This document shows, piece by piece, positions 49,094 to 58,919 of a DNA stretch of 64,000 bases. The stretch lies in the IMG/VR virus record IMGVR_UViG_3300025168_000062. One strand, given 5' to 3'. Both the position numbers and the translations under genes were made by a program. This DNA comes from an uncultured virus (IMG/VR IMGVR_UViG_3300025168_000062). Its lineage: Duplodnaviria; Heunggongvirae; Uroviricota; Caudoviricetes. The notes below the pieces were generated by a model, which saw only the letters and a list, made by a program, of their open reading frames with translations, did not search any database and was not told the origin of the DNA. How positions within the stretch are numbered: the first letter of the stretch is position 1; every line of letters begins with the position of its first letter.

Positions 49094-50262
49094 TCAATAT
49101 CCTCTGTCTTATCTTCAACATCAAGGTAATGAAACTCATCCTGTATAGTCTTTGGGTCACCCTTGAAGAAGATTAAAACATTCTGATGAGTTTTTCCTAA
49201 CTTTCTATTGTTAGCAAACTGTTTGTGGACTCTTATAGGAAGGCTACCTGCAACCGTGATTAAGATACATTCATTGTATAAGGTAGCACCTGCTGATTGG
49301 AAAGCATCAATAGTGTCGCTTACAAAGTTTCGATAGAATCCTTTTTCATTCCTAAAGTCTCCAACAACAAACACTGCGAACCTATTAGGTTTGAGCATAT
49401 CAACAGAACGCTGAATAATATTTCTATATGAATCTAAAAACTCGTGGTGTTCCATAGTGGATAAATCCCTATCATCTTCTGAATAGACTTCAAGGTCACC
49501 ATAGGGCGGGCATGAAAATACCATATCCCACTCGCCACCTATCTTATCTTTTATGTCTAGCGCATCTCCAACAACCCAATTAGGCATAGGGAAATCTGTA
49601 TTACCTACTAACTCTAACCCTTGAATCCTATTAGCCTGAACTTGGTCGGAACGTAATTCCATACCCGCATACTGATGATTACCATGTGCGGCAACAATTC
49701 CTCTTACAGAACCACCGCAGAAAGGGTCAAGAATATTACCACCTTCGGGGCAAAACCAATTATACATTAATTCAGTTAATACAGGGTCGAATATAGAAGT
49801 GCCTGTTGCTCTTTTCTGAAAGCCATCTTCTTCTTTTAGGGCGGCACTTGTTGTTCCGTCCTCATTCTTATGAAGCCATGCACTATTTTTACCTGTGCCT
49901 CCTCCGGGTATTGCTCTAGTATCTTTCTTAGTTTCATTCCATGTTGCTTTGTCTCCAATAGCGAATGTCTTAGCATTACCTTTTGAATCTCCACCTACCG
50001 ATACTTCTTCATCACTTAAAAGAAATCCTTCTTTGACAAGTTGGTCTACATCATATTCTTTTTTACCAAACATATACTTCATGTTCGACTTTGACATAGC
50101 AATAAGTGCTTCACCCCTACCTAGTTCTGAACGAATACCTTTACGAGTCCACCAACGCTTTCGGTCTTGCCAATAGCCTTGGCGAGCATCTAATATACTG
50201 AAAGGCGGTGCGCCATATCTCTTTTTTAGTGGTGTTCTTATTATATGTTTTTCTAAACTCAT
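49084..50262 (-). CDS. DNA amino-methyltransferase (m6A/m4C type)
   Basis: Motif I LDPFCGGS then motif IV FSCPPY. Confidence 0.88.
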   Translation of the reverse strand: MSLEKHIIRTPLKKRYGAPPFSILDARQGYWQDRKRWWTRKGIRSELGRGEALIAMSKSNMKYMFGKKEYDVDQLVKEGFLLSDEEVSVGGDSKGNAKTFAIGDKATWNETKKDTRAIPGGGTGKNSAWLHKNEDGTTSAALKEEDGFQKRATGTSIFDPVLTELMYNWFCPEGGNILDPFCGGSVRGIVAAHGNHQYAGMELRSDQVQANRIQGLELVGNTDFPMPNWVVGDALDIKDKIGGEWDMVFSCPPYGDLEVYSEDDRDLSTMEHHEFLDSYRNIIQRSVDMLKPNRFAVFVVGDFRNEKGFYRNFVSDTIDAFQSAGATLYNECILITVAGSLPIRVHKQFANNRKLGKTHQNVLIFFKGDPKTIQDEFHYLDVEDKTEDIEWL

Positions 50263-50456
50263 TCTGCATCATATCCTCTGTTGTGTTTTTTCCAAGCCTC
50301 AAATAGAGGTATTATATCTCCTGACTCAAATATAGTGCCGGAGGTCATGTGAATTAGGAACGGTTCATTGTCGAAGGGTTCTGTTAATGCTGATATATCT
50401 CTTATATCTATCCAAGTTATACCTGTTGAAGTCGATACGGGTATTATTAATTTCAT
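50259..50456 (-). CDS. Small hypothetical protein
   Basis: 65 aa; ATGA overlaps on both sides. Confidence 0.65.
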   Translation of the reverse strand: MKLIIPVSTSTGITWIDIRDISALTEPFDNEPFLIHMTSGTIFESGDIIPLFEAWKKHNRGYDAE

Positions 50457-50950
50457 TCTTCTTCATCTCCATTACAGCATCCACCTGCGCAATCGTCGCA
50501 CTGTGGTTCATAACAATGTTCACAATCCCAAGTATCATTTGCTCTAGTTTCTGAACCACAATTACAAATCATCCATGAAGAATCTAGTTCTCCGTTAAGC
50601 GTTACTTTACCTTCGTGTTGGTCTACTAATATCGTAGGTTTTGACTTATGTAATATACCCAAGTTGGTAGGGTTTTCATGGCAACACTCGATAGGAACGA
50701 TAGCCAATAAACCTGCATCAACTGCCATTTCACCACCACTAAAATGCCAACAACCATCTCCTCCCGGAGAAGGATAGACTTCTATTTTGTATGTCTCTTC
50801 TGAAAGAGTTCCTTCATTCATAGTCCAATCTAATTCTGCTTCGTAATCTTCGTTTTGCTCAGCCCAAAGTAATTCACAAAACTCATGCCATCTATTATCT
50901 TCTATAACATAACAGGGGTCGCCTGTATAGTATTTGACTTCGTGTAATTC
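50453..50950 (-). CDS. Acidic hypothetical protein with C-terminal Cys cluster
   Basis: YTGDPCYV...VDAGLLAIVP; GAGGTGA SD before GTG near 50953; start approximate. Confidence 0.6.
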   Translation of the reverse strand, partial: ELHEVKYYTGDPCYVIEDNRWHEFCELLWAEQNEDYEAELDWTMNEGTLSEETYKIEVYPSPGGDGCWHFSGGEMAVDAGLLAIVPIECCHENPTNLGILHKSKPTILVDQHEGKVTLNGELDSSWMICNCGSETRANDTWDCEHCYEPQCDDCAGGCCNGDEEE

Positions 50951-50958
50951 CACGAATC

Positions 50959-51780
50959 TCACCTCTTGATTACTGCCGCTTGGAATACCCAATCGCCATT
51001 GTCGAATACAATCAATAGTCTAATACCCTGTCCTTCCGGTCTAAAATCTATGAAGTATAGTTTGACCATACTATCATAGTTAGATAGCATTTGTTCTAAA
51101 CCACCTTCAAAGGTTGTTGAAAAGTCCTCACCAAAAGGTGTATCTTCATTAAGTATTGTCTCAGTCTGTCCTTTCAAATCGCTACCGGTTAGAACGTATA
51201 ATGTTTCTTTACCGTCGTGCTGAAAGGTATATTGATTAAGTTTCTGACCATTCATGTTATCACATCTTAAAGCCTCATGAAGAAGGTTAGATGATGTTTC
51301 AGCCATGTGCATAGGTAGTCTTTTAGACCCATCACGCATGATATAGCATCCGGCATCAACGTCTATTTGATTAGACATAGTTACCGATTTATCCTCCCAC
51401 TGTGCGATTGTTTCTTGACTGTGTGGGAATGCTAGACTACCCGGCTCAGCAACTAATGTTGTTTGTTTACCCGAACTCTTTATTTTTAGCGAACCATTCA
51501 TTTGAGTCATAACCACTTCTCCACTATGCGCTGATATAACCCCTAATGTTCTTTCGATGTCGGGGATAACTATTGCATCTTCATTTTCTGACCATGAACA
51601 GGGGATTGAAAACTTACCAAGACTCGTCTTACCATCTCTGACTAGACTTGTTGTGGTGGCACTATCCCCGTTGGGTCTAATAACACAACCAATAACCTGT
51701 TGTTGAGGTTTCGCATTCACGAATTGCTTTCTTGCTGTTACTTCTAATAATCTCTTGAGGTTTCCCGTCTTGACTAACAT
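50959..51780 (-). CDS. Putative divergent DNA sliding clamp (PCNA-like)
   Basis: About 270 aa with alternating helix/strand pattern; close to the RFC gene; TTTATAAG box at 51803-51810. Confidence 0.5.
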   Translation of the reverse strand: MLVKTGNLKRLLEVTARKQFVNAKPQQQVIGCVIRPNGDSATTTSLVRDGKTSLGKFSIPCSWSENEDAIVIPDIERTLGVISAHSGEVVMTQMNGSLKIKSSGKQTTLVAEPGSLAFPHSQETIAQWEDKSVTMSNQIDVDAGCYIMRDGSKRLPMHMAETSSNLLHEALRCDNMNGQKLNQYTFQHDGKETLYVLTGSDLKGQTETILNEDTPFGEDFSTTFEGGLEQMLSNYDSMVKLYFIDFRPEGQGIRLLIVFDNGDWVFQAAVIKR

Positions 51781-51812
51781 ATTTGAATCCACCTAGTTAC
51801 CACTTATAAAGA

Positions 51813-51971
51813 TTACGTCCATTTCGACAAAGGTTCATCATTTTCCTTAGCCAATCTTTCTGCTATGACCGATATAGAGTTTTTTAATTCCCACATCTCA
51901 TCTTGCAGTTGTCTTATCTCTACAAACATCCTATCCATGTCGTCAGCGACTTGATTAGTTTTATCAGACAT
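51813..51971 (-). CDS. Small coiled-coil protein (52 aa)
   Basis: MSDKTNQVADDMDRMFVEIRQLQDEMWELK...; GGAG SD. Confidence 0.55.
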   Translation of the reverse strand: MSDKTNQVADDMDRMFVEIRQLQDEMWELKNSISVIAERLAKENDEPLSKWT

Positions 51972-52075
51972 TATATTAACTCTCCGAAACAATGCTTACA
52001 AATATAGTTTTCACCATCACAATTATAGGTCATAGTAGTCATCAGTCTGTCAGACCTTCCACACCTACTGCACAT

Positions 52076-53041
52076 TCATACCAACCCCATGTCCGGTAGA
52101 CCGTTCCATGTTACTTTGTTATCTTTAATTCTCAATACGTCATGTGAAGTCCCAACAAACTCACTGCCTGTTCCTTTCATTTCCTCTATGACAGCACGAA
52201 CAACAAACTCACCTGCTTTAAGAGTTTTGTCTGCTTTGACACCTGCGGCCTCATCACCTTTTTGTGTGTATCTTGCTAAGAATATCTGCTGGCTCATATT
52301 ACGTTGTGTTCCATCTACCCAATCCGGTTTTTCACCAACTTTCATAAGAACTTTTTTGCCTCCACCATCACCTAGATATTGTCTATGGTCTTTCAGATGG
52401 AAAGTAAAGAATACTCTATCTACCGGAAGTGCTTGAATACGGTATAATGTATCTCGGTATGTCTGATTACGCTCACGCCATTCTTTTTGATTGAATGAAT
52501 CCCCTTCATCATCAATTACTCCTTTAGCAAGTAATGATTCGCGCATACTAAACTCGCACCACTTAAGATATGTTGAGCCACCATCACAAATAACTGCGGC
52601 AACTTCACCATCTTCACATAAATCTCCAGCGATTGTAACGAATGCTTTGACCTTTTTTACTAAACCATGCCACGATACTGTTACTCCATCTTCTTCAAAT
52701 ATAGAGTCATCTGTCTCATCAAACAGTTTAAGAACAATTACGTTAGGGTCATCAGGACAAACGAATCTGACCGTTGCTTCGGCTGAATTATCGAAGTCAA
52801 ATATAATGACCTTTTTACCATCCTTAATTTCCTTTGGTGTTCTCGCTAGTGATAATGCAAGACCAGTCTTAGCGGTGTTTTCTTTACCGACCAAAGCCAT
52901 GCGTATAGGTGTGGATAGTAACTTACGCTCAGCATTCTTGTTGAATAAATCCCTATAATGGTCCACAGTATAAGAAGGAGCGCCGGAGGCTTTCGCCCCC
53001 TTTGCCGCCGGTTGAGCCCAAGCCATGCTTAATCCTCCCAT
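52076..53041 (-). CDS. RecA-like/AAA_24 (Sak4-like) ATPase
   Basis: GKENTAKT Walker A variant, IIFDFD, VICDG. Confidence 0.75.
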   Translation of the reverse strand: MGGLSMAWAQPAAKGAKASGAPSYTVDHYRDLFNKNAERKLLSTPIRMALVGKENTAKTGLALSLARTPKEIKDGKKVIIFDFDNSAEATVRFVCPDDPNVIVLKLFDETDDSIFEEDGVTVSWHGLVKKVKAFVTIAGDLCEDGEVAAVICDGGSTYLKWCEFSMRESLLAKGVIDDEGDSFNQKEWRERNQTYRDTLYRIQALPVDRVFFTFHLKDHRQYLGDGGGKKVLMKVGEKPDWVDGTQRNMSQQIFLARYTQKGDEAAGVKADKTLKAGEFVVRAVIEEMKGTGSEFVGTSHDVLRIKDNKVTWNGLPDMGLV

Positions 53042-54276
53042 GATTCAGCATCGACCTGCACAGCGTCAATTGAATCCACACACCACCAACCATGTGTTGT
53101 GAATCTCATTTCGTCATCTCTTGATTTGTAAGTCTGTCCGACAATTAATACTTGTGAACCAACACCGAATGTTAATAGATGCTCATGTGCTTTAGGCACA
53201 ACCACATCAACTCCGGGTGCGACACTTGTAATGTCTAAATCACCTAAGGTCACAGTATATCCGCCACGTTCGCGCGGGTCTATATGAACCACTTCACCAA
53301 CTATTCCGACCCATTGGTCCCACCAATCTTTATCGTCTTTGTGGTCTGTATGGTATTGTTCTAGTGTTGCGAAAGAAGGTAGTAATCCACCGTTAGGGTA
53401 AAGACCGCCTAGCATCTCTGGTATAATACCTTCTGGTCCTGATTCTCCCATAGCCATTGGAGGTGCTGAGAATATTCCCGCCACTTCTTCATTAGTTACA
53501 AGGTCGCTTAGTTCTTTAGCATACGCAGTTTTACCGTCTCGTCCTAAACGAAGGCCGATTGTTCCGGGTCTGAAACTAGCATATTGTGTATCTGCTGTTT
53601 TACCATTTGCTCTAACACTGATAAGGAATGGGTCATCATTTGAACCAACCTTTCGACCTAAGAAGGATGATGTTCTTTCTTTCTCAGACATAGGTCTTGG
53701 TGCTCCGTATTTGAAGTTATTGTCTCCGCTTGGGAACTTAGGTGTAGTATTATTCCATATTAGATAGAAAGCATCTCCGTTAGGTAATTCCTTATGGATT
53801 CTAGGTAACTCGATTACACTAACCTCATCTATTTCATCATCTAATCCTGTCCTTGACATAAGACCGGCGTTAGCATATCTTGTATAACCTGCTCCACTTG
53901 CTTCGTAATAAACTATTGCTCCGTTTCTAATCTGCGCTTGTGTTAAAGCATCTTGAACATTTCCTCTTTGTGTTAATTCACGTTCTGTTTTATTGTAAGC
54001 AATTTGAGCCCAATCTTTGTAAGGTGGAACACGTATAAACATTCCCTCGAATTGTTCTAATCCACTCTTTTTAAGTCTTTCACCAATCATTTTTAATTGA
54101 CGGCCTGCAACTCTAGCGGAAAGTATTTCTTGGGTAGTGGAATCTTTACCACTAGCCGCCCATGCCGCTCCGTTTTCAGCCATAACTTCATTCATTTTTG
54201 TGCGTAACCTCTCTTCGGCAACACCTAAGTTTGCCGCTAGGTCTTTTACTATCTGTTTCGTATTTATATCGGTCAT
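53029..54276 (-). CDS. Putative single-stranded DNA-binding protein (RPA-like OB folds)
   Basis: C-terminal GEV...VTLGD...GSQVLIVG OB-like pattern, acidic tail, adjacent to the recombinase-like ATPase. Confidence 0.55.
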   Translation of the reverse strand: MTDINTKQIVKDLAANLGVAEERLRTKMNEVMAENGAAWAASGKDSTTQEILSARVAGRQLKMIGERLKKSGLEQFEGMFIRVPPYKDWAQIAYNKTERELTQRGNVQDALTQAQIRNGAIVYYEASGAGYTRYANAGLMSRTGLDDEIDEVSVIELPRIHKELPNGDAFYLIWNNTTPKFPSGDNNFKYGAPRPMSEKERTSSFLGRKVGSNDDPFLISVRANGKTADTQYASFRPGTIGLRLGRDGKTAYAKELSDLVTNEEVAGIFSAPPMAMGESGPEGIIPEMLGGLYPNGGLLPSFATLEQYHTDHKDDKDWWDQWVGIVGEVVHIDPRERGGYTVTLGDLDITSVAPGVDVVVPKAHEHLLTFGVGSQVLIVGQTYKSRDDEMRFTTHGWWCVDSIDAVQVDAESWED

Positions 54277-54335
54277 TTAATCACCTTTTTCTGTCCTACT
54301 TCGCACACCCCGTTACCCCTTATAAACCATTGGGT

Positions 54336-55238
54336 TTATTCGCTTAGAAATCGGCAAAACTCCCAAATTACATACACTTCGGGAACACCATTTATTAGGT
54401 CTCGCCTTGCTTGGATGGATGCTTGGACTACTCTCATCTTGTTTTCATGGTTGTTCATGGTAGCATCGACTGCTTTTAAGAACACTTGATGTATCGCTTC
54501 ACGAGCAGGTGCTACGCTAAGTATCTTGACCGCTTCGGGAACATTACCCATTTTGAAACACATGGTCAAAACTGAACCCGCATTGATTTCCGGTGTGCTA
54601 ATAGAGGCTATGAATCCTTTACGGTCTATGGGGGATAAGTAAGAGGCCGCTTGAAGCGCACCGATAGCATTTCTCATATCACCACCATGCTTATTGATAA
54701 TAACTTTCAAATCTTCTTCTGTCATCTCTACCGCTTCCATAACACAGATATGTTTCAAACGCTCCATAACTAAATCATCGGGTATTGGATTGAATGTTCT
54801 GACTTGACACCTTGACTTGAGCCAAGGAGATACTTTGTTCAAATCATTACAAGTAAGTATGAAAAATCCTTGAGCGTTTTCTATAACTCCTTTTAGTGCG
54901 TCTTGTGCTGTGGGTGTTATCCTATCTGCCTCGTCAAGAAGAAATATAGTTTCATACTGTCCGATACGAGACATAGGTCCTATATCATCTTCAACGAAAT
55001 CTATTCCCCTTTGTTTCTTAGTCGAAGCATTAAACTCATGCAATTGGTAAAGTAATTCATCTGCCATGACACGAGCCATAGTTGTCTTACCACTACCCGG
55101 CTCAGGACTATGGAATAAGAAATGTTGCATCGGTGCATCACCATTGACAATCGCTCGCATTTCAGATACTACCGAATCCTGTGATAATACTTCATCCAAC
55201 TTCTGTGGTCTATATTTTTCAGCCCAAATTACTTTCAT
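54336..55238 (-). CDS. rfcS: Replication factor C small subunit (clamp loader)
   Basis: WAEKYRP, PGSGKTT, LDEAD, SRC, GDMR. Confidence 0.93.
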   Translation of the reverse strand: MKVIWAEKYRPQKLDEVLSQDSVVSEMRAIVNGDAPMQHFLFHSPEPGSGKTTMARVMADELLYQLHEFNASTKKQRGIDFVEDDIGPMSRIGQYETIFLLDEADRITPTAQDALKGVIENAQGFFILTCNDLNKVSPWLKSRCQVRTFNPIPDDLVMERLKHICVMEAVEMTEEDLKVIINKHGGDMRNAIGALQAASYLSPIDRKGFIASISTPEINAGSVLTMCFKMGNVPEAVKILSVAPAREAIHQVFLKAVDATMNNHENKMRVVQASIQARRDLINGVPEVYVIWEFCRFLSE

Positions 55239-55789
55239 TGTTTCACCCCATTAGGGAAATATTTCCATGTCTGCCACCATGCAGGTTCTGGTCGCCCACG
55301 TTCCCATTTAGCGAATGATTTGCTGTGGTAGTAGCGTCTGTATGCTGTGACCGCATCATCGTCTTTGTATTCATCAGGCATGGCTTGAGCGTATTCTGTA
55401 AAGCCAATGTTAGGTATCTCAGCCCACGCATAGTCTGATGTATCGCCATCGTCTATCTGTAATTGCGATAACTGATAGATGCCTTCTTCACAAAAGTGAG
55501 TCTTACCAAAACGAAGTGTATACTCACAACATAATTGTTCTGCGTGTTTGTGAAGCCACCACCAATTAGATGATGACTCACCTGACCAGATAGTGCATGG
55601 GTGATTTGGATAACCGCCTTTGAGCGGTGTGCCTTTTTTGGTTATAGGCATAGATTCTGAGTCTGCACCATGACGTAGTAATGCGCTACCTAGCATCTGA
55701 TATGACTCAACAATCATTTTAGGGATATGCTTGTCGCACATCATACTAGCGGCTTTTCGTGGGTTTTCGTCTAGGACAAAGATGTTCAT
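55235..55789 (-). CDS. Pyrimidine-dimer DNA glycosylase-like protein
   Basis: MNIFVLD...CDKH..KM..E..QML, HPC..W, QAMP...AYR.YY. Confidence 0.85.
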   Translation of the reverse strand: MNIFVLDENPRKAASMMCDKHIPKMIVESYQMLGSALLRHGADSESMPITKKGTPLKGGYPNHPCTIWSGESSSNWWWLHKHAEQLCCEYTLRFGKTHFCEEGIYQLSQLQIDDGDTSDYAWAEIPNIGFTEYAQAMPDEYKDDDAVTAYRRYYHSKSFAKWERGRPEPAWWQTWKYFPNGVKQ

Positions 55790-55817
55790 AACACACCCTA
55801 AGCGTGTTTCTTTATAA

Positions 55818-56324
55818 TCATTTAGGAAAACGGGTGCATTCTAGGCAGTATTCAAGATGTTCTTCAAAGTATCTTCTCCTACCGCATTTGGTGCATTGTT
55901 TTGCACAGGCCGCTTCTTCCTTACTCAGTGCATTGAACGGTAAAGTAAATAGAATGTCGTTATAATCCCTAATCAATTCAAAATTAACTTCGTATTGTGG
56001 AACGCGCCTTCTCCTACCATCACCAGTAGTAATGATAACAGACTTTTCAGAATTAACCTGCGGATTACGAGATAGTATAGTTCCTAAAGAAATAGGACTA
56101 GGGGTGCTTAAGAGATTTAACCTATTCATAAGATGCGTTGTTATTTCCTGTTTGGTAAGTGGTTCATCCACATCCCACAGTATGTTAATCAATTCCCTTC
56201 TAATCCTTGCATTATACGCCGCCATTCTTACACCTTTTGTTCTTCTTCCCATATAATAGCCGGTCAATTGCCCTTTTTCTCCTGCTGAACCCCAAGACTT
56301 TCTTTTACGCCCATTATATGCCAC
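55818..56324 (-). CDS. Winged-helix plus zinc-finger protein
   Basis: PLTKQEI...SLGTILSRNP; CTKC...CLEC. Confidence 0.65.
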   Translation of the reverse strand: MAYNGRKRKSWGSAGEKGQLTGYYMGRRTKGVRMAAYNARIRRELINILWDVDEPLTKQEITTHLMNRLNLLSTPSPISLGTILSRNPQVNSEKSVIITTGDGRRRRVPQYEVNFELIRDYNDILFTLPFNALSKEEAACAKQCTKCGRRRYFEEHLEYCLECTRFPK

Positions 56325-56357
56325 TACCGTATGGGGTGAGGTAATTGTTCTTAAATG

Positions 56358-56543
56358 TTACTGTTCCAACCACATAGCATAGTCTGCGAGGTCGTCATAC
56401 TTTTCAGTATCTCTCTTATTCAGATAATTCCGGCTACTAATTTTTGGTTCAAAAATATTGAAAAAAAGGTTTATAAATCTCATAACATAGATTAGCACAA
56501 AGATAATCAAAGGAGATAATAGGGCAAGTTGTATCACAACCAT
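56358..56543 (-). CDS. Small membrane protein
   Basis: N-terminal hydrophobic helix. Confidence 0.55.
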   Translation of the reverse strand: MVVIQLALLSPLIIFVLIYVMRFINLFFNIFEPKISSRNYLNKRDTEKYDDLADYAMWLEQ

Positions 56544-57199
56544 TCTATCAGCGTCTCCTTAGTTTTCTTTATAGTAGGTGGTGCTTGGTCTATGGTTCTT
56601 AACTTATTCCTTACTTCGGGGGCGTTAGCAACAATCATATCTGCATAAACATCGGTAGACCTGAATCCGAAGGGGATTATTGAATCATCCTTTATTTTCT
56701 TCTTAGGCCACGATACACTACTCTGTAATGCCTTCGTGCCAAAGACCAAAGCGGCTTTAGCATAATCTTCTTCCATCTGATATCTCGCCATACTTACTAT
56801 TCTTTGTTCTTCAATCCCCTGCGGTCTATTGACTTTATGGAATGCTTCTGCAAGAGCAAGTGGGACAGGTTTCATAGCCTTCCATGCCCTGTTTCTATCT
56901 GACCACTTCATCATAGCATTGATTGGTGAATTGAAATTATTTTTACCCTTCTTAGCGGAATTATGGATTAGTATATTATTACCTTCACGAACACCCTTAA
57001 TCCCCTTTCTAGGTATCACTACAAGACGATATTGCACCAATTCAGCCCATTCTTTTGCCATAGATAGGGGGAATGATTCACAATGTAAAATATAGGTAGT
57101 GTCCGGTGCTGTGGGGGGCGATGTCAGTTCACCATACATCAAAATATAGTCTCCGCTCCTAAAAGAAGCATCATCACCTGCGTAAATTATTACACCCAT
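56534..57199 (-). CDS. Hypothetical protein
   Basis: 221-aa ORF in operon; ends LIEWL. Confidence 0.65.
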   Translation of the reverse strand: MGVIIYAGDDASFRSGDYILMYGELTSPPTAPDTTYILHCESFPLSMAKEWAELVQYRLVVIPRKGIKGVREGNNILIHNSAKKGKNNFNSPINAMMKWSDRNRAWKAMKPVPLALAEAFHKVNRPQGIEEQRIVSMARYQMEEDYAKAALVFGTKALQSSVSWPKKKIKDDSIIPFGFRSTDVYADMIVANAPEVRNKLRTIDQAPPTIKKTKETLIEWL

Positions 57200-57474
57200 T
57201 ATTTCACTCTCCCTACCGGTTGTTGTGGTATTACCCTATGGCCTCCGCATTCGGCACATGATTCTTTTCCTTCTTTGTGAAATATACTACCGCCACCCTT
57301 ACATACAGGACATATTATCAATAATCTTGTAATACATATCTTGCATCTTATTTCCCCCGTTGTAATGTGGTGAATAGTATGCCTAGAGTGTCTCCACTTA
57401 GAACATTCAATACAATAACCTTTCCAAGAAAACTCATTCTTCTTCATGTCCTTCTTCATATACCCCATCTCCAA
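57199..57474 (-). CDS. Multi-zinc-finger protein
   Basis: Four CxxC motifs including CPVCKGGG and CAECGG. Confidence 0.65.
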   Translation of the reverse strand: MEMGYMKKDMKKNEFSWKGYCIECSKWRHSRHTIHHITTGEIRCKICITRLLIICPVCKGGGSIFHKEGKESCAECGGHRVIPQQPVGRVK

Positions 57475-57961
57475 ATCCTATTGTCTTAAACACATAGTCG
57501 GGATAGATAGTATGTTCACGGTAATTTGCCTTTGCTTCTAAACTCATTTTATTCCACTCATTATCAACAACGTCTGACCACCATCTGATACCATAAGCAA
57601 GACGAGGAACTGCAACGCGCATAATATCTAAAGTATGAAAGCAAAAGAATAAATCATGTCGGCCACCTGTTTCTGGTAGTGGGTGGTCCCTATCTTCCAT
57701 ATCAGGAAGAGTAACTGCGCTTCCTATTAGAAGAACTGGATGCTTACCTCCGCAATTACCAACTAATTCTTGTAGCACAGATTCTTTACCATTTTCGAGA
57801 ATGGTCCCCGGCATTACAGCCACCACAGGATAATCCTCTCGATTTACACCATCAAAAGCATTAAAGTTCCACTCAACCGCATTATATTCTTCTTCACCGT
57901 ATTTATCCATATATTCTATCTCCATTTCACTTAGCATATATTCTAGCCATGCCTTATACAT
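57434..57961 (-). CDS. Hypothetical protein
   Basis: 175-aa acidic ORF. Confidence 0.65.
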   Translation of the reverse strand: MYKAWLEYMLSEMEIEYMDKYGEEEYNAVEWNFNAFDGVNREDYPVVAVMPGTILENGKESVLQELVGNCGGKHPVLLIGSAVTLPDMEDRDHPLPETGGRHDLFFCFHTLDIMRVAVPRLAYGIRWWSDVVDNEWNKMSLEAKANYREHTIYPDYVFKTIGFGDGVYEEGHEEE

Positions 57962-57967
57962 AATAAG

Positions 57968-58297
57968 TCAGGCAGGCCAGCCCTTATAAACATAGCGTTG
58001 AAAGCGTCTCCATTGATGTTCCGTCAAACCCCATACTTCACGGATAGCAGTAGTTGTTACCTTATACTCACCATGATACCATTGATAACCCTCATCATTA
58101 AGAACAAACTTAATACCGTCCTCAACCATAAGATTCACAAGTGTTGGGAATACCTCTTTTGGTATAGGTTTAGTGGCTAAATGCTTATTTCTCTTACGCC
58201 ACCTTTCCCTACCAACCTTCGGTAACATATCAGCGATAACATCAATATCAGTATCAAGCGTTTCAATATCTGCATCAAGAAACTTATATTTCGTCAT
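57968..58297 (-). CDS. Hypothetical protein
   Basis: 109 aa; overlaps upstream gene. Confidence 0.65.
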   Translation of the reverse strand: MTKYKFLDADIETLDTDIDVIADMLPKVGRERWRKRNKHLATKPIPKEVFPTLVNLMVEDGIKFVLNDEGYQWYHGEYKVTTTAIREVWGLTEHQWRRFQRYVYKGWPA

Positions 58298-58919
58298 CTG
58301 TTAATTCCTCATACGATACTTCTATGGCAGGGGCTTTTAATGTTGATACTCTTAATTCCACTTGGTCTAGTAATTTAGGATGTTCCTTCAATGTATCTAC
58401 CAAGACATACATTACTTCATCCAATTGACGTTGCGCTAAGAGAAGTTGATTATCAACACCTATTTCCTTTTTCAATTGACCTGCTAACTTAAGATAGCCA
58501 CCTAACTGACCTGTAAGTCTAGTTACATCAGCAATAAAATCACTATCTATGTATGTTTCATCTCTTTGGGCTTCTAATTCTTCAATCCACGTTGCTAATC
58601 TTTGAGCCATATTTTCTGCTAGATTGACAGTATTAATAGTGTCTTGTCTCATGGCTTCGATAAGCCCTGCTTTTAGTGGGTCATAATCTTCGTGGTCTGC
58701 TAAGTGAACATTTACTGAGCCAGGTAGCCAACCATATTTCTGTTCTAAGAAAGAAGCGGTAGTTTCGCCCCTGTATAATTTCATTTCCAACTCAACTTTA
58801 TTAAGTGCTTCACACATAGGACAATCGGGAGGCGTAAGAACCCATCTAAGAGCGTCAGCCCAATCTCCTTTAGGACCCAAACGCATTAATTTTTCTTCTA
58901 TCAATTTTCTTGTTTTCAT
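58284..58919 (-). CDS. CxxC...H-xxx-H zinc/HTH plus helical protein
   Basis: CPMC...HLADH followed by a coiled-coil region. Confidence 0.65.
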   Translation of the reverse strand: MKTRKLIEEKLMRLGPKGDWADALRWVLTPPDCPMCEALNKVELEMKLYRGETTASFLEQKYGWLPGSVNVHLADHEDYDPLKAGLIEAMRQDTINTVNLAENMAQRLATWIEELEAQRDETYIDSDFIADVTRLTGQLGGYLKLAGQLKKEIGVDNQLLLAQRQLDEVMYVLVDTLKEHPKLLDQVELRVSTLKAPAIEVSYEELTDDEI

